Made by a program: the position numbers and the translations under genes. From an uncultured Holophagales bacterium (GTDB taxonomy: Bacteria; Acidobacteriota; Thermoanaerobaculia; Multivoradales; UBA5704): 64,000 bases of DNA. Of the stretch, positions 7,371 to 22,300 are shown piece by piece. The notes beneath the pieces were generated by a model. It was not told the DNA's origin. It searched no databases and saw only the letters and a program-made list of their open reading frames with translations. The stretch's first letter is position 1, and every line of letters starts with the position of its first letter. The stretch spans positions 672,001 through 736,000 of the forward strand of contig CAWJGT010000034.1 in the NCBI GenBank assembly GCA_963842525.1. The letters run 5' to 3'.

Positions 7371-10300
7371 TCAGTTGTCCTGTTCTTCCTCAGGCTCCCC
7401 TTGGCTGTCCTGGAACGAGGAGGCCGGCGAAGAAACGGCGGTCGTTCCCGTCGCCCGCGCGATGCAGCCCCGGAGGATCTCCGCGAGATCGCGCACATGG
7501 GGCTCGAGGGTCAGGGTCTCGTGGTAACCGGGGAGGTGATAGACCTCGACACCTTCCGAGGCCAGACCGCCCCAGCCGCGGGTCGGATCTTCCGCAGAGA
7601 CCCGCTCCGCGCTCTCCGGATCGAGCTGAAGCGGCCGGAAGAGGACGATCCGGCCGGCGTAGGGGTCGGCTACGTAGCGCTCGACAGCCCGCAGCCTGGT
7701 CTCGAAGCCCGCGAGGAAACGGCCCAGCCAGGAGGCGTCGATCTCTTCCCCGACGACTCCGGCACCCCTCAGCTCCTCCAGGGCTCGCTGGAGCTGTCCT
7801 TCGAGGGGGAGGCCGAGCAGCGCCTCCGCCGTCAACGTCAGCTCCCGCCCCTGCTGACGGGCTTCCTCGCGCACCAGGGTCGAGATGGTCACCGCGCTCT
7901 CGAAGGCCGGGGTGTCCTGCCGGCCAGGCGGCACGGGGGTGTCGATGAGGACCAGGAGCGCCACCTCCTCGCCCTGCCGCACCAATTGTTGGGCCATCTC
8001 GAACGCGATCACCCCGCCGAACGAGGCACCTCCCAGCAGGTATGGCCCCCGTGGCCGCACGTTCCGGGCCGCCGCGAGATAGCTGGCCGCCATCTCCTCG
8101 ATCGAGAGGTGCGGCGCGCTCCCCTGACTCTCGAGCCCCGGGGCCTGCAGGCCGTAGAACGGCTGGTCCGGACCCAGGTACCGGGCCAGGTGGTGATAGC
8201 CCACGACCCCGCCGCCGATCGGATGGACGCAGAAGAACGGCGGCTTCGTTCCCTGCGGCTGGAGGGCCACCAAGGGGGACCAGGCCTGGCCGCCGTCGAT
8301 CTCGTCCAGACGGTGGGCGAGGTGCTCGATGGTCGGCGCCTCGAACAGGACGGCCAGCGGGAGGTCCCGGCCGAGACGGCTCCGGATCATGGCCATCAGC
8401 CGCACGGACAGGAGGGAGTGGCCGCCCAATGCGAAGAAGTCGTCCCGCACCCCGAGCGGCCGGACCTGCAGCAGCTCCTGCCAGAGGGGCACGAGGGCGA
8501 GCTCGGTCGGCGTCCGCGGCGCCGCACGCTCTCGCTGCCGGCCCCTGAAGACGTCGGGCGCGGGCAGCGCGGCCCGGTCCACCTTGCCGCTCGGCAGCAG
8601 CGGCAGCTCCGGCAGGGGCACGATGTGCGAGGGCACCATGTAGTCGGGCAACGATCCGCTCAAGTGAGCGCGCAGCTCCTCGGCCCGGAGCTCTTCCGGT
8701 CGCTCCGGCACCACATAGGCCACGAGCCGGTGATCCCCCGGCACATCCTCCCGGAGCAGCACCACTTTGTCCCGGATCCCGGGATGGCTGCCGATCGCAG
8801 CCTCGACCTCCCCCAGCTCCACGCGGTAGCCCCGGAGCTTCACCTGATGGTCCCGCCTCCCCAGGAACCGCAGCGTGCCGTCCGGCGAGCGTTGTGCCAG
8901 GTCGCCCGTCCGGTACAGGCGGGCCCCCGGCTGGGCCGACCAGGGGTCCGGCTGGAACCGGTCGGCCGTCAGGCGCGGATCGTGGAGGTAGCCGCGCGTC
9001 ACTCCCGTCCCTCCGATGCACGCCTCCCCGGCGGCCCCAATCGGCACCGGCTCGCCATGGCCGTCGAGCAGATATACCCGCGCGCCGGGCAACGGCCGGC
9101 CCAGCGGCGCGTCGGCCGCCGCTGGGGACTGCAGGACGCGATCGCTCGTCGTCTGGAAGACCGTCGTGGTGACCGTCGCTTCGGTCGGGCCGTACGAGCT
9201 CAGGAACCCGACGCCGACCCCGGCTCCTCTCGCCCAGTCCCGCAGCGCCGCGGCGGGCACCGCCTCGCCGCCCGTCAGACAGGCCCGGATCGGGGCCTCC
9301 ACCCCCGTCGCTCTCTTCGCGCCATCCGCCAGCACGTCGAGGACCCACTGGCGCCACAGCGCCGCGGGCAGATCCAGCACCGTCACCCCGGTCTCGGCGC
9401 AGAGGTCCAGGAGCTCCCGCGACGAGAGGCCGCGCGGGTTGCGGTGGAGCACCAGGGTCGCTCCGCTCGCGAGCGTCGGGAAGATCTGTACCGCCGAGGC
9501 ATCGAAGCTGAGCGAGGCAAACTGGAGCATCCGATCGCCGGGACGCAGGTCCAGAACCTGCGCCATCGACCGCGCGAAGCTCGCCAGGCCGCCGTGGGGC
9601 GCCACGACACCCTTGGGGATACCGGTAGAGCCGGAGGTGTAGATCACGTAGGCAGCGCTGCCGGCTGTGCCTCCCCCGCACGATGCTCCACCTGTGGACG
9701 AGCCCACCACCCCCCACTCCGAATCGAGGCACAGCACGCGCACTCCGATCCGCGGCATCGCAGGCCGGAAGCGTTCCTGCGTCAGCACGATGCCGACGCC
9801 GGAGTCCTCCAGCATGAACGCGATCCGGTCTTGCGGGTAGGTCGGATCGAGCGGCACGTAGGCACCTCCGGCCTTGAAGATTCCCAAAAGCCCGACGATC
9901 ATCTCGGGCGACGACTCCAGGGAAAGGCCGACCCGCACCTCCGGCCCGACTCCCAGCGTGCCCAGAAAAGCCGCCAATTGCTCCGCTCTGCGGCTCAGCT
10001 CGCCATAGCTCAGCACCTCTCTTTCAAAGGCCAGAGCCGTGCCGTCCGGGCTGCGTTCCGTCCATCTTTCGAAGAGCTCATGGATCGGATCGGGCCACTC
10101 CGTCGCGAGCGCGGTGTCGTTCCATTCTGCGGTCAGTTGCGCCCGCTCTCCGTCTCCGAGCAGGGGGAGATCCGAGAGCCTCGACTCCGGCTTCATCAGC
10201 AGACCCCGGACCACGGCCTCGAAGTGACCCGCCATCCGCCATGCCGTCGGCGTGTCGAACAGATCACGGTTGTACTCCAGAATCCCAGCCAAGCCGCCTG

Positions 10301-13300
10301 CGATCTCCCACAGAGGCAGCGTCAGATCGAACAGTATTGTCCCCGTTTCCTCCCTCAAGGGCTCGACGACCAGACCTGGCATCTTGAGCGGTTCGGCTGG
10401 AATGTTCTGCAGAATGAACATGACTTGGAACAAGGGAGAGTGGCTCAGGCTGCGCACGGGTCGCAGCTCCTCAACCAGCTTCTCGAAAGGTAGATCTTGA
10501 TGGACATAAGCGGAGAGCACGGATTCCCGAGCCCGGCCCAGGAGCTCCACGAAGGTCGGATCCCCCGACAGGTCGGTGCGCAACACCAGGGTATTGACGA
10601 AAAAGCCGATCAGATCCTCCAACCGGGCATCGCTGCGGCCCGCGGTCGGCGTGCCCACAGCGAGATCATCCTGCCCGCTGTGCCGGGCGAGCACGATCTG
10701 AAAGGCTGCCAGCAAGGTCATGAACAGCGTCGCCCCTTGGTCGAGGGAGAGCCGCCGAAGGCTTCCAGTGAGCTCTTCCGAGAAGCTCAAAGGACAGCTC
10801 TCTCCCCGGAACGTCGGGGTGGCTGGTCGCGGCCGGTCGGTCAGCATCTCGAGCACCGGGGGGAGTCCCTTGAGCCTCTCCTGCCAATAGGCGAGCTCCG
10901 TCTCCAGCCGCTCTCCCGAGAGCCAGCACCTCTGCCAGTGGGCAAAGTCCGCGTATTGGATCTCGAGCTTCCGGCAGAGGCGACGGCCTGCCCTCCAGGA
11001 ACGCTTGATAGAGGACCACCAGCTCGCGCACGAAGACTCCCATCGACCAGCCGTCACTGACGATGTGATGCATTGTGGCGAGCACGACGTGCTCCCCCTC
11101 GGCCAAAGCCATCAGGGTGGCGCGCAGTAGGGAACCCTCAGCCAGGTCGAATGGCTGCTGCGCATCCTCCCGCGCCAGACGACGAACCTCCCCTGCGCGC
11201 TCCGGTGGCGGAAGGGACCGCAGGTCGATGAGTGGCAGCGGGACCGCTGTGAAGGGTGAGATAACCTGTTCCGGCTCGCCTTCTACAGTGGCGAAGTTTG
11301 TCCGGAGAGCCTCATGGCGCCGCACCAATTCGCTCAGGCTGGCACTGAGCGCCGTTCTGTCGAGTGGTCCCTGGAGTTGGAAGGCGGTCGCAAAGTTGTA
11401 CATCGCACGGCCGGGCTCCAGGCGATCGAGAAACCACAAGCGCTGCTGCGCGAAAGAAAGGGGTAGAGGCCTGTCCCGCGGGACCCGCTCGATGGGAGGA
11501 ACCTGCGACTTCTCTCCCCCGCTCAGTGCCCGCTCCACGTGCTCGGCCAGCCCCGCTACCGTTGGGACCTCGAACACGATCTCCAGCGGCAAGTCGATGT
11601 CGAACACCTTCTGCAGCCGCGCCATCAACTGGATGGCCAACAGCGAATGCCCTCCCAGCTCGAAAAAGCTGTCCTGCACTCCGATCCGCTCCCGGCGGAG
11701 CACCTCGGCAAAGATCCCCTCAAGCATCTGTTCGACCGGCGTGCGCGGCGCGGCCAAGGCCTCAGAGCCCGGCTCCGGGGTCAGCTCCATCCGTGCGAGT
11801 GCCTTGCGGTCCACCTTGCCGTTGGGGGTGAGCGGCAGTTCCTCCAGGAATGCGAAGCCGGCAGGCACCATGTAGGCAGGAAGCCTGGCGGCGAGCGCAC
11901 CCCGCAGCGCGTCCGCTTCGGAACGAGCTCCCGGCTCGGAGACCACGCAGGCCAGCAGCTCCCCAGGACCGACTGGACCGTCGCGTATGACCACAGCCGC
12001 CGCACGAACTGCCAGGTGCTCCATGAGCGCTGCCTCGATTTCGGCCGGCTCGATACGGAAGCCCCACAGCTTCACCTGTTGGTCGATCCGGCCCAGAAAC
12101 TCGAGGTTGCCGTCGCCGCGGTAGCGAACGAGGTCGCCCGTGGAATACATCCGCCTGCCCGGAGAGACGCTGAACGGGTCGGGCAGAAACCTCTCCGCGG
12201 TGAGCCCCGGCTGGCCGAGATAGCCCCGCGCGAGGCCCTCGCTGGCAATGTGCAGCTCACCGATGCCTCCCATCGGTACCATGGAGGCGCCCGGTCCCAG
12301 GATATGGAACCGGCGGCCGGCAACCGGCCGCCCGATGAGCGCTTCCGCCCGGGCGCTCTCGTGCCGCAGCACCCTGTGATAGCTGGAAGTCATGGTGCAC
12401 TCGGTCGGGCCGTACTGATTGAACAGGTCCACCGCTTTTCCGAACGCCTGCCAAGCTCGCGCACAGTCCGCCAGGTACAGGCGCTCGCCGCTGAGGAGGA
12501 TCGTCCGCAGGCTGGCGCCCCGCCCGTCCGATGGCGCGGCCTCGGCGAGAGCTCGTAGCAGCGTCGGCACAACACTCAGCAGACGGGTGACGCCATGCTT
12601 CGCGATGAGATCGAGCAGCGCCACAGGGTCCTTCGCCTTCCCGGTCTCGGCCAGGACGATGGCGGCGCCCGCCGCGAGCGGCCCGAAGAGGTCTCGCACC
12701 GCGGCATCGAATGCGAAGGAAGGGAGCTGAAGCACCCGGTCCGTTGTCCCCAAAGCGTGCAGGGCCAGGAGCGAGCGGAGGTAGGAGGCGGCTCCGGCAT
12801 GTGTCCCGAGCACCCCTTTGGGCCGTCCGGTCGTTCCCGAAGTGTAGACAATGTAGGCCAGATTCCACGGCGAAACCGTGATCTCCGGGCCGGCCGCCGT
12901 CGCCCCTTCACCTGTACCCTCCAAGAGGAGATCGAGGCGGAGCATCAGCCCGTCGAAGGTGGGGAGCCGCCGCTCCAAGCGCTCCTCGGTGAGCAGCAGA
13001 GCGGCCCCGCTATCCGCGAGCATCCAGGCGAGGCGCGCGGACGGCAACTCAGGATCGAGCGGCACGTAAGCGCCGCCCGCCGCGAGCACCGCCAATGCCG
13101 CCACGACCATGTCCGGCGAGCGCTCGAGGCAGAGTGCTACCCGGGATTCGGGTGCGACCCCCAGCCCACGCAGGCGGAGCGCCAGGCGCCCCGCACGTCG
13201 GCGGAGCTCGCCATAGGTGACCGCCACGTCGGCGGCGAGCACCGCCAGGGCATCGGGCTGCCGCTCGGCCCAAACTTCGAACAGCTCGTGCAAACAGGCC

Positions 13301-16300
13301 TCGGCGTCAGTCTCCAGGGAATCGTTCCACTCGACCCAAAGCTGGTGTCTTTCGCCCTCGCTCAGCAGGGGCAGATCGGACAGATGCTCGCCGGGATCGG
13401 CCGCGATTCCCGCCAGAAGACTCTCGAAATGCCCGAGCATCCGGCCGATGGTCGGTGCGTCGAACAGGTCGCGGCGATACCCCGCGGTACCCGCCACCCC
13501 TCCCGATCTCTCCCCGAAGAGCAGCGTCAAATCGAACTTTGCCGCGCCGGTTTCCATCTCCAATGGCTCGAGATCGAGCCCGGCCATTGCCAGCGGCTCC
13601 GCCGGCTGGTTCTGCAAAACGAGCATGACTTGGAAGAGCGGTGTCTGGTCGAGACTGCGCTCCGGCTTCAGCTCTTCCACCAACTTCTCGAACGGCAGGT
13701 ACTGGTGCGCATAGGCCGAGAGCGTTACCTCCCGGACCCGGTTCAGTAGCTCGAGAAATGTCGGGTTCCCCGACAGGTCCGAGCGCAGCACCAGCGTGTT
13801 GACGAAGAACCCGATCAGCTCCTCGGTCTCGATCTGGTCACGACCTGCGATCGGCGTCCCTACGGCGATGTCCTCCTGACCTGTGTATCGGGCAAGCAAG
13901 GTCTGGAAAGCCGAGAGCAGCGTCATGAACAACGTGGTTCCCTGGCGGCGGCTCAGGAGCTGAAGAGCATTGGAAAGCTCCTCCGGTATCTCGAACAGAC
14001 GGCTCGCTCCCCGGGATGTCTGGACAACGGACCGCGGGCGGTCCGTGGGCAGCTCCAGCACGGGCAGTGCGCCTCCCAGCCGCTCTCGCCAGTAGGCGAG
14101 CCCCGACTCCAGGAGCTCTCCCGTAAGCCACAGCCTCTGCCATGCGGCGAAGTCTGCGTACTGGATCGCAAGCTCCGGCAGGGGCGAGGAGAGCCCCTGC
14201 GAAAACGCCTGGTAGAGGGCCCGCAGCTCCCGGATCAGCACGCCGGTCGACCAGCCGTCACTGACGATGTGGTGAGTCATGAGGAGCGCGAGCTGGTCCC
14301 TATCACCAAGCGCGATCAGAGCCTGTCGCAGGAGCGGGCCGCGCTCCAGGTCGAAGGGGCGTTGTGCCTCCTCAGCCGCCAGGTGCCGCGCCACCGGCAA
14401 CCGCCGCGGCTCCGGCACTGACCGCAGATCGATGACCGGCAGGAGACCCGGGAAGCTGGGACAACGACCTGCACCGGCTCCCCGGTCGCCGTGCGGACGA
14501 ACACCGTCCGCAGAGCCTCGTGGCGCCGGGTGATCTCCCTCAAGGCCGCCGCGAGCGCCGCGATGTCGAGGTCACCCATCAGACGCACGGCAGCGGGGAT
14601 GTTGTAGGCCGGGCTGCCGGGCTGACGCTGCTCGATGAGCCAGAGGCGCTGCTGGGAGAAGGAAAGAGGCAGGGGCTCGCTCCGCGAGACCCTCTCGATT
14701 CGTACAGCGCCCCTCCCTCGTCCTGCCTGCATCGCCCTGTCGATCTGTGCAGCCAGTCCCGCCACGGTAGGAGACTCAAACACCGCCCGCACTGGCAGAT
14801 CCACGCCGAAGACCCGCGGGACCCGCGCCACGAGCCGGGTCGCGAGCAGGGAGTGCCCCCCCAGGTCGAAGAAGCTGTCGTCGCGGCCCACCCGCTCGAC
14901 CCCGAGCACCTCGATGAAGACCCCCGCCAGCAGCTCTTCAATCGGAGTGCGCGGCGCCGCAGAGGGGCTCCCGGGGTCGTCAAGAGATGGGATCATCCCG
15001 GCAAGGGCTCTCCGGTCCACCTTGCCGCTGGGAGTCAAGGGGAGCTCGTCCAGGAGCGCGAACCGGGCTGGCACCATGTAGCCGGGGAGCTTTGCCGCCA
15101 GGTGTTCCCTCAGCTCGGTGAGGGCGGGCGCGGCCTCCCCGTCCGGCACCACGTAGGCCAGCAGCCCACGGCTCCCATCCGGCTCCTCCCGCACGATGAC
15201 CGCCGCCCGCTGCACCTTCGGGTGCTCCTCCAGAGAGGTCTCAATCTCCCCAAGCTCGATACGGAATCCCCGCACCTTCACCTGGTGATCCATCCGCCCC
15301 AGGTACACCAAGGTACCGTCCGGCTGCCGGCGCGCCAGATCCCCGGTGCGATAGAGGCGGCTGCCGGGTCCGCCGAAGGGATTCGGCACGAACCGCTCGG
15401 CTGTCAGGTCAGGCCGACCGAGATAGCCGCGCGCCAGCAGTGCGCCCCCCAGGCACAGCTCCCCGAAGGCTCCTGAAGGCGCGAGCTCGCCGCGCCGGCC
15501 GAGCACATGGGCGCTACGCGCCCCCACAGGCGAGCCGACAGGCACGGAGCTTCCCGGCGGGTACTCGATCGACCTCGAGAGCGGTGGCGGTGATCACCGC
15601 TTCAGTCGGACCGTAGCCGTTGATCAGACAGGCCCCGGCCAGCGGCGTCTGCTCCCAGAGCCGGACCCCCTCCGCTGTCATCGCCTCTCCCCCCACAGCT
15701 ACCAGCCGGACTGCCAGGCCGGAGGGGGCGACGGCGTCCACCAACTCTCTGGCGCACTGATACCAGAAGGCGGTCGGCAGATTGAGGACCGTCAGGCTGA
15801 GCTCGGCAGCCCGCGCCAGGAGATCTGCGGGAGCCCATAGCTCCCCGCCGCGCAGCACCACCGAGATGCCGCAGGTCAGGGACGGCAGCAGGTCTTCGAG
15901 GGAGATGTCAAAGCTCGGAGAGGCGAACTGCAGGATTCGATCGCCCGCTCGCAGGCGGAAGAGCGCGGAGGCCGCCTTCACATAACCCACTGCCGCCCGG
16001 TGCTCGACGCCGACTCCCTTGGGCCGCCCCGTGGAGCCAGAGGTGTAGAGGATCCATGCCAGACTCTCAGGAGGGATACCGGAGACCGGCGGCTCCGGAT
16101 CGACCTCCGCTACCTCTACATCCAGGGTGAGGACGAGCGCCTCGCACGCGGGGATGCGCGCGCGCAACCGCTCCAGGGTCAACACGACCGGCGCGCCGGA
16201 GTCCGCGAGCAGGAAGGACAGCCGCTCCTGCGGGTAGGCCGGGTCGAGGGGCAGGTAGGCCCCGCCCGCCTGGAGAGTCGCGAGCAGGGCGGTCACCAGC

Positions 16301-19300
16301 TCCGGCGAGCTCTCAGCGAAGACGGCCACCGGCACGTCCGGCCCGACACCCAGCCGCCGCAGGCGCCGCGCCAGCCGGTCGGCCCGCTGGGCCAGCTCGC
16401 CGTAGGTCAGACCGTTCCACCCGCCTCTGTGGAACCAGAGCGCCACGATATCGGGAGCGCGGACCGCCTGCTCCGCGAAAAGGTTGGCGAGGTGCATCTC
16501 CTCGGCGCGGGCGGGCCCGCCTTCGTTCCACTCCCAGAGGAGCGCGTGCAGCTCCGCGGCCGAGAGCAGCGGGACCTCCGCGAGGCGTCGCTGCGGATCG
16601 GTGGCGACGCCCTCCAGCAGGGCGCGCAGATGGCCGGCCAGACGCAGGACCGTCGTGGCGTCGAAGAGGTCCCGGTTGTGCTCCAGGACCCCGGCCAGCT
16701 CTCCCGATTCTCCTTCGCCCAGAGCCAGCGTCAGGTCGAACGGAGCCGTCGCGGTGCCGAAGTCGAGCCGGCTCAGGGTCAGCCTGGGGAGGTCTGCCAC
16801 GGGCGCGAAACCGGGCTGCAGGCTGAGCATCACCTGGAAGAGCGGCCCGTAGCTCAAGCTCCGCTCTACCTGCAGCTCCTCGACCAGCCGCTCGAACGGC
16901 ACGTCCTGGTGGGCGAAGGCCGCCAGGGTATTGCCGCGCACCTGCTCCAACAGATCGCGGAATGCGACGCCGTCCGCAAGCCGCGAGCGCAGCACCAGGG
17001 TGTTGACGAAGAACCCGATCAGACCTTCCAGCGCGAGATGGCGGCGACCCGCGACCGGCGTCCCCACGGCCAGGTCGTCCTGCCCGCAGTGCCGGGCGAG
17101 CAGCGCCTGGAACGCCGCCAGGATCGTCATGAACAGGGTGGCCCCGCATTCCCGGGAGAGCGCCAGGAGGGCAGCGGCCAGCTTCTCCGGGATCCGTACG
17201 GGCACCACCGCTCCCCGCGAGGTCTGGACTGCCGGTCGCGGGCGGTCCGTGGGCAGCTCCAACTGCGGCGGCAGGCCCGCCAACTCCCCCCGCCAGTAGG
17301 CCAGCTCCGCAGCCAGGACCTCGCCGGTGAGCCACTGCCGCTGCCACCAGGCGAAGTCTGCATATTGGACCGGAAGATCCGGCAGGGGAGAGGGAAGACC
17401 CTGGGTCAGGGCCCGGTAGAGCGCGGCCACCTCCCGCACCAGTAGGCCTGTCGACCAGTCGTCGCCGGCGATGTGATGCATCGTCAGGAGCAGCACGTGG
17501 TCGGAGCCCGTCGCCACGAGCGTGCAACGCAGCAGCGGGCCCTGGACCAGGTCGAAGGGGCGCTGCGCCTCCTCCTCGGCCAGGCGCCGGACCTCCCTGG
17601 CGAGCTCGGGACCAGGCAGCCCCGAAAGGTCCACCCGCGGCAGCGGCACCGGGGAGGGTGGGCCGATCACCTGTACCGGCCCGCCTTCCGGCGTTTCCGT
17701 GAAGGTAGTTCGCAGAACCTCATGGCGCCGCGTGACTTCGCTCAGGCTTGCCGCGAGCGCCGCCGCGTCGAGCGCGCCCTCCAGACGCACGGCCAGCGGC
17801 ATGTTGTAGGCCGCGCTGCCGGGGTCCAGGCGATCGAGGAACCAGAGCCTCTGCTGGGCAAAGGAGAGCGGGAGGGGGCGGTCCCGCTGGACCTTCTCCA
17901 GGGGAGGCACCCGCGGGATCTCTCCCGACTTCGCCGCCCGCTCCACGTTCTCGGCCAGAGAGGCCACCGTCGGCCGATCGAAGAACGTCCGCAGAGGCAG
18001 GTCGATCTCGAAGCGGCTGCGCAGGCGGGAGAGGAGGCGGATGGCGAGCAGCGAGTCGCCGCCCAGCTCCGTGAAGTCGTCGTGGACCCCGACGCTGTCG
18101 ATCCCCAGGAGCTCCCTCCAGAGCCCGGCGATCGTCTCCTCCGTGGGATTGCGGGGCGCCAGATAGCTCCGCGAGAGATCCGGCCGCGGATGCGCGGAGA
18201 GCGACGGCCGGTCTTCCTGGAGGGTCTCCTCCATGTCTCCCTGGGAGCGCGCGAAGAGGTCCTCCGGAGAGACGATGACCTGGGGAAGATCGCAGCCCAG
18301 GATGCGCCGGAACGCTTCGACCCCTTCCTGTGACCGCAGGCCGGACCGCAGGCGGGCCGCGCGCTGCTCGCCGGTCGCATCCGCGAGCGCCGCCACGGCC
18401 ATGCCGGTCTCGCTCCAGGTGCACCAGTTGACCGAGACGGTGAAGGGCCCCTCGCCGGAGAGGACGGCCCGCTGGGCCCAGACGTCGAGGAAGGCGTTGG
18501 CGGCCACGTAGTCCACCTGGCCGGCACCGCCCGTGATGGAGGCGAGCGACGAGCAGAGGACCAGGAAATCCAGGCCCTCTCCCGCGAGCAGGCTCCACAG
18601 AGCGCGCATCCCCGCCGTCTTGGGGGCGAGGACGCTCCGCGCCATCTCCTCCGTCTTGAGCCCGATCACGCCGCCGCCCGGCACCCCGGCGGCGTGCACC
18701 GCGCCGTGGATCGCGCCGAAGCGCGCGCGGGCGGCGGCGACCACCTCCGCCAGGGCTGCGCGGTCGGACACGTCGGCGTTCGCGACCATCACCTCGCCGC
18801 CGAGCTCCTCGAGTTCCAGGAGACGCCGGATCTTCCGCTTCTCCTCCTCCGGGAAGGAGCCGGAGCCGAGGCGGTCTTCCCATGCCTCCCGGGGGGGCAG
18901 CTCCGAGCGCCCGACCAGCACCAGCCGGGCCCGTGCCTCGCGAGCCAGGTACCCGGCGATCTCCAGTCCGATCCCTCCGAGGCCTCCAGTGAGCAGGTAC
19001 ACGCCGCTGTCCCTCAGCCGGGCGGTCCGGCCCTCGCCGCGCTCCAGCCGGACCGGCTCGAACGCCGGGACCCAGCGGTGTCCCCCGCGGAGGGCCACCA
19101 CGGGATCGGAACGCTCGGCGGAGACCTCCGTCCAGACGCGCTCCGCGAGCTGCGACACCTGCCCGGGCCGCGGCGGCGCGAGGTCGATGCTGCGCATCCG
19201 GAGATCCGGGATCTCCTGGGGCGCGACCCGGCAGGGACCCAGGAGAGTGGCTTTGTCCGGGCAGAGCGGCTCCTCCCCCGTCACGTTGTAGAGGCCGGTC

Positions 19301-22300
19301 GACACGACCTCCACCGCAACGCCCCGGCCGGTCGAGCGCTCGCCCAGCGCCTGAGCGAGGGAGAGCAGGCTGAAGAAGCCGAGAGACTGCAGGGTGTCCG
19401 GCTCGCCCCCCTCCGGCTCCTCGGCCCCGTCCGCCGTAACGCTCCAGAGGTGCACGATCCTCTCCGGCAGCCCGCCGGCGGACGCCAGCTCGTCGAGCAG
19501 CCTTCGGTAGTCGTCCGCCCGCCGGGGATCGAGGCGGTATTCGCGGTCCCCTGTCTTGCGGAAGCGGTCGCCCGGCTTCACGGTCGCCACCTGCCGTCCC
19601 AACGCCTCCAGGCGCCGGAGGATCTCCCGGCCCAGCCCGGTCTCGTCCAGGAACAGGAGCCAGCGGGATGCCGCGGCGGGGGGCGCCGGCCGCCGCACCG
19701 CCTGTCTCCAGACCGGCACCTGGAACCAGTCGGCCGGATCCGGCCGCCGCACCGGCGCTGCCGGCTGCGAGCGGGCCGCCTCGCCCGGTTCCTCCACCCA
19801 GTAGCGCCGGCGCTCGAACGGATAGGTCGGCAGGCGGACGCGGCGGCGGCGCTCCCGGGAGGAGAAGGCGGACCAGTCGATTGCGAGGCCCTGCAGCCAG
19901 AGCTGGCCGGCGGCGCGGAGCAGATCCTCGACGTCCGAGGGCTCGCCGTGGGTGTGGGGCAGCGAGGGGATCACAGCGCGCGGGTCTCGCGGTCCGAGCT
20001 GCCGGCGCACGAGATCGGTGAGTGTCCGTCCCGGGCCGACCTCGAGGAGGACGCGGCCCTCCTCCCGCAGCAGCTCGCCGGCATCCGCCGCGAACCGGAC
20101 CGTCTCCCGCAGGTGCCGCACCCAATACTCCGGCCGGGCGATCTCTTCGCCGGCCCAGGCGCCGGTCACGTTGGAGAGGAAACGCAGCTTCGGGGGGAAG
20201 AGGGCGACGCCGTGGAGCTCCTCGGTGAAGCGCTCCAGAGCGGGCTCCACCATCGGCGAGTGGAAGGCGTGAGAGGTCCGCAGACGCCGGTGCTCCAGAC
20301 CCTTGTCCGCCAGCCGGCGCTCCAGCTCGGCCACCGCGTCCGCGGGGCCGGAGACCGTGCACAGCTCCGGAGCGTTGACCGCGGCGAGCGACAGCTCCGG
20401 GCCGAGGAGGGGCCGCAGGTCCTCGGCCGGGAGCGGCACGCTCGTCATGGCGCCCCCGGGGAGCTCCTGCACGAGCCGGCCCCGTGCCGCCACCAGCCGC
20501 AGCGCATCCTCCAGGGTGAAGACTCCCGCCAGACAGGCAGCCACGTACTCCCCGATGCTGTGCCCGATCATCGCCTCCGGCCGCACACCCCACTCCATCC
20601 AGAGCCGGGCGAGTGCATACTCCACGACGAACAGGGCCGGCTGAGCCATCTCGGTCCGGTCCAGCTCCGCCGCGGCGGCCCGCTCTTCGCTCGGGGCCGG
20701 GTCCAGGAGCCGGCGCAGGTCGATCCGCAGGTGGGGCGCGAGGATCGCGGCGCAGCGGTCGACCTCGCCGCGGAAGACGGGCTCGTTCCGGTAGAGCCCG
20801 GCGGCCATGCCCGCGCGCTGCGCCCCCTGCCCGGGGAACAGGAAGGCGACGGACCGGTGGCCCGGCCGGACGTGGGCGGTCCAGACCCGCTCGCCCACCG
20901 GATCCCGGAGAGCCGCGACGGCCTCGGCCGCATCGCGGCAGACCAGCATCCGGCGGTAGGCCAGAGCGCGGCGGCCGACCCGCAGGGTGTGGGCGACGTC
21001 GGCGAGAGGCGGCCCGGTCCGCTCCTCGAGGAACCGGGCCAGGTCGGCGGTCGCGACCTCGAGGGCGGTGTCCGTGTGGGCGGACACGAGGAGAAGTTGC
21101 CAGGGGCGTGAGGGGCCGGAAGGCTCCGGAAGGGGAGCCTCTTCGAGCACGACGTGCGCGTTCGTGCCACCGATGCCGAACGAGCTCACCCCCGCCCTGT
21201 GCGGCCTGCCGTTCGCCTCCCACTCGGTCAGGGAAGCGTTGACGAAGAAGGGGCCGCGGTCGAAGTCGATCTTCGGATTGGGGTGCTCGAAGTGCAGGCT
21301 CGGCGGGATCGCCCGCCGTTCGAGGGCAAGCACCGTCTTGATCAGCCCGGCGATGCCGGCCGCGGTATCCAGGTGACCGATGTTGCTCTTGACCGAGCCG
21401 AGGGCACACCTCCGGCGACGCCGGCCGAAGACCTGGTTGAGCGCGGCGATCTCGATCGGGTCGCCCAGGGGGGTCCCGGTCCCGTGCGCCTCGACGTAGT
21501 CGATGGTCGACGGATCGATGCCCGCCACGGCGATGGCCTCGGAGATCACCGCCGCCTGACCGCTCACGCTGGGCGCCGTATACCCCACCTTGAGCGATCC
21601 GTCGTTGTTGACGGCGGAGCCGCGGATGATAGCGCGGATCGGATCGCCGTCCTGGAGGGCATCCAAGGCCCGCTTCAGCACGACCACGCCCGCTCCGCTG
21701 CCTCCGACCGTCCCCTGCGCGCGGGCATCGAAGGCCCGGCAGTGGCCGTCCGGCGAGTTGATCCCGTCCTCCTGGTAGAGATAGCCCTCGACCTGCCGCG
21801 CGTCGACGGCGACGCCGCCGGCCAGGGCCAGATCGCACTCCCCGTTGATCAGGCTCTGGCAGGCCAGGTGGACGGCGACGAGGGAGGTGGAGCAGGCGGT
21901 CTGGACGGCGATGCTCGGCCCGCGGAGGTTCAGCCGGTAAGAGGTCTGGGTCGCCAGATAATCCTTGTCGTTCCCGTGCAGGAGCCGGTTCGGATCCACC
22001 GCCGCGAGGACGGCCGGGCTCGCGAGGAGGCGGAGCAGATATCCGCTCAGCTTCGCCCCGGCGAAGACCCCGACGGGAGCATCACAGCCCCCGGGAGGGT
22101 AGCCTGCATCCTCGAGCGCCTCCCAGGCACACTCCAGAAAGATTCTCTGTTGCGGATCGGTGATCTCGGCCTCCCGCGGCGTGAAGCCGAACAGGGAGGC
22201 GTCGAACAGGTCCACCCCGGCGAGCGTACCCGCCGCCCGGACGTAGCGCGGGTCGCGCAGGAGGCCCTCGCCCACGCCGGCCCCCCTCAGCTCCTCCTCC

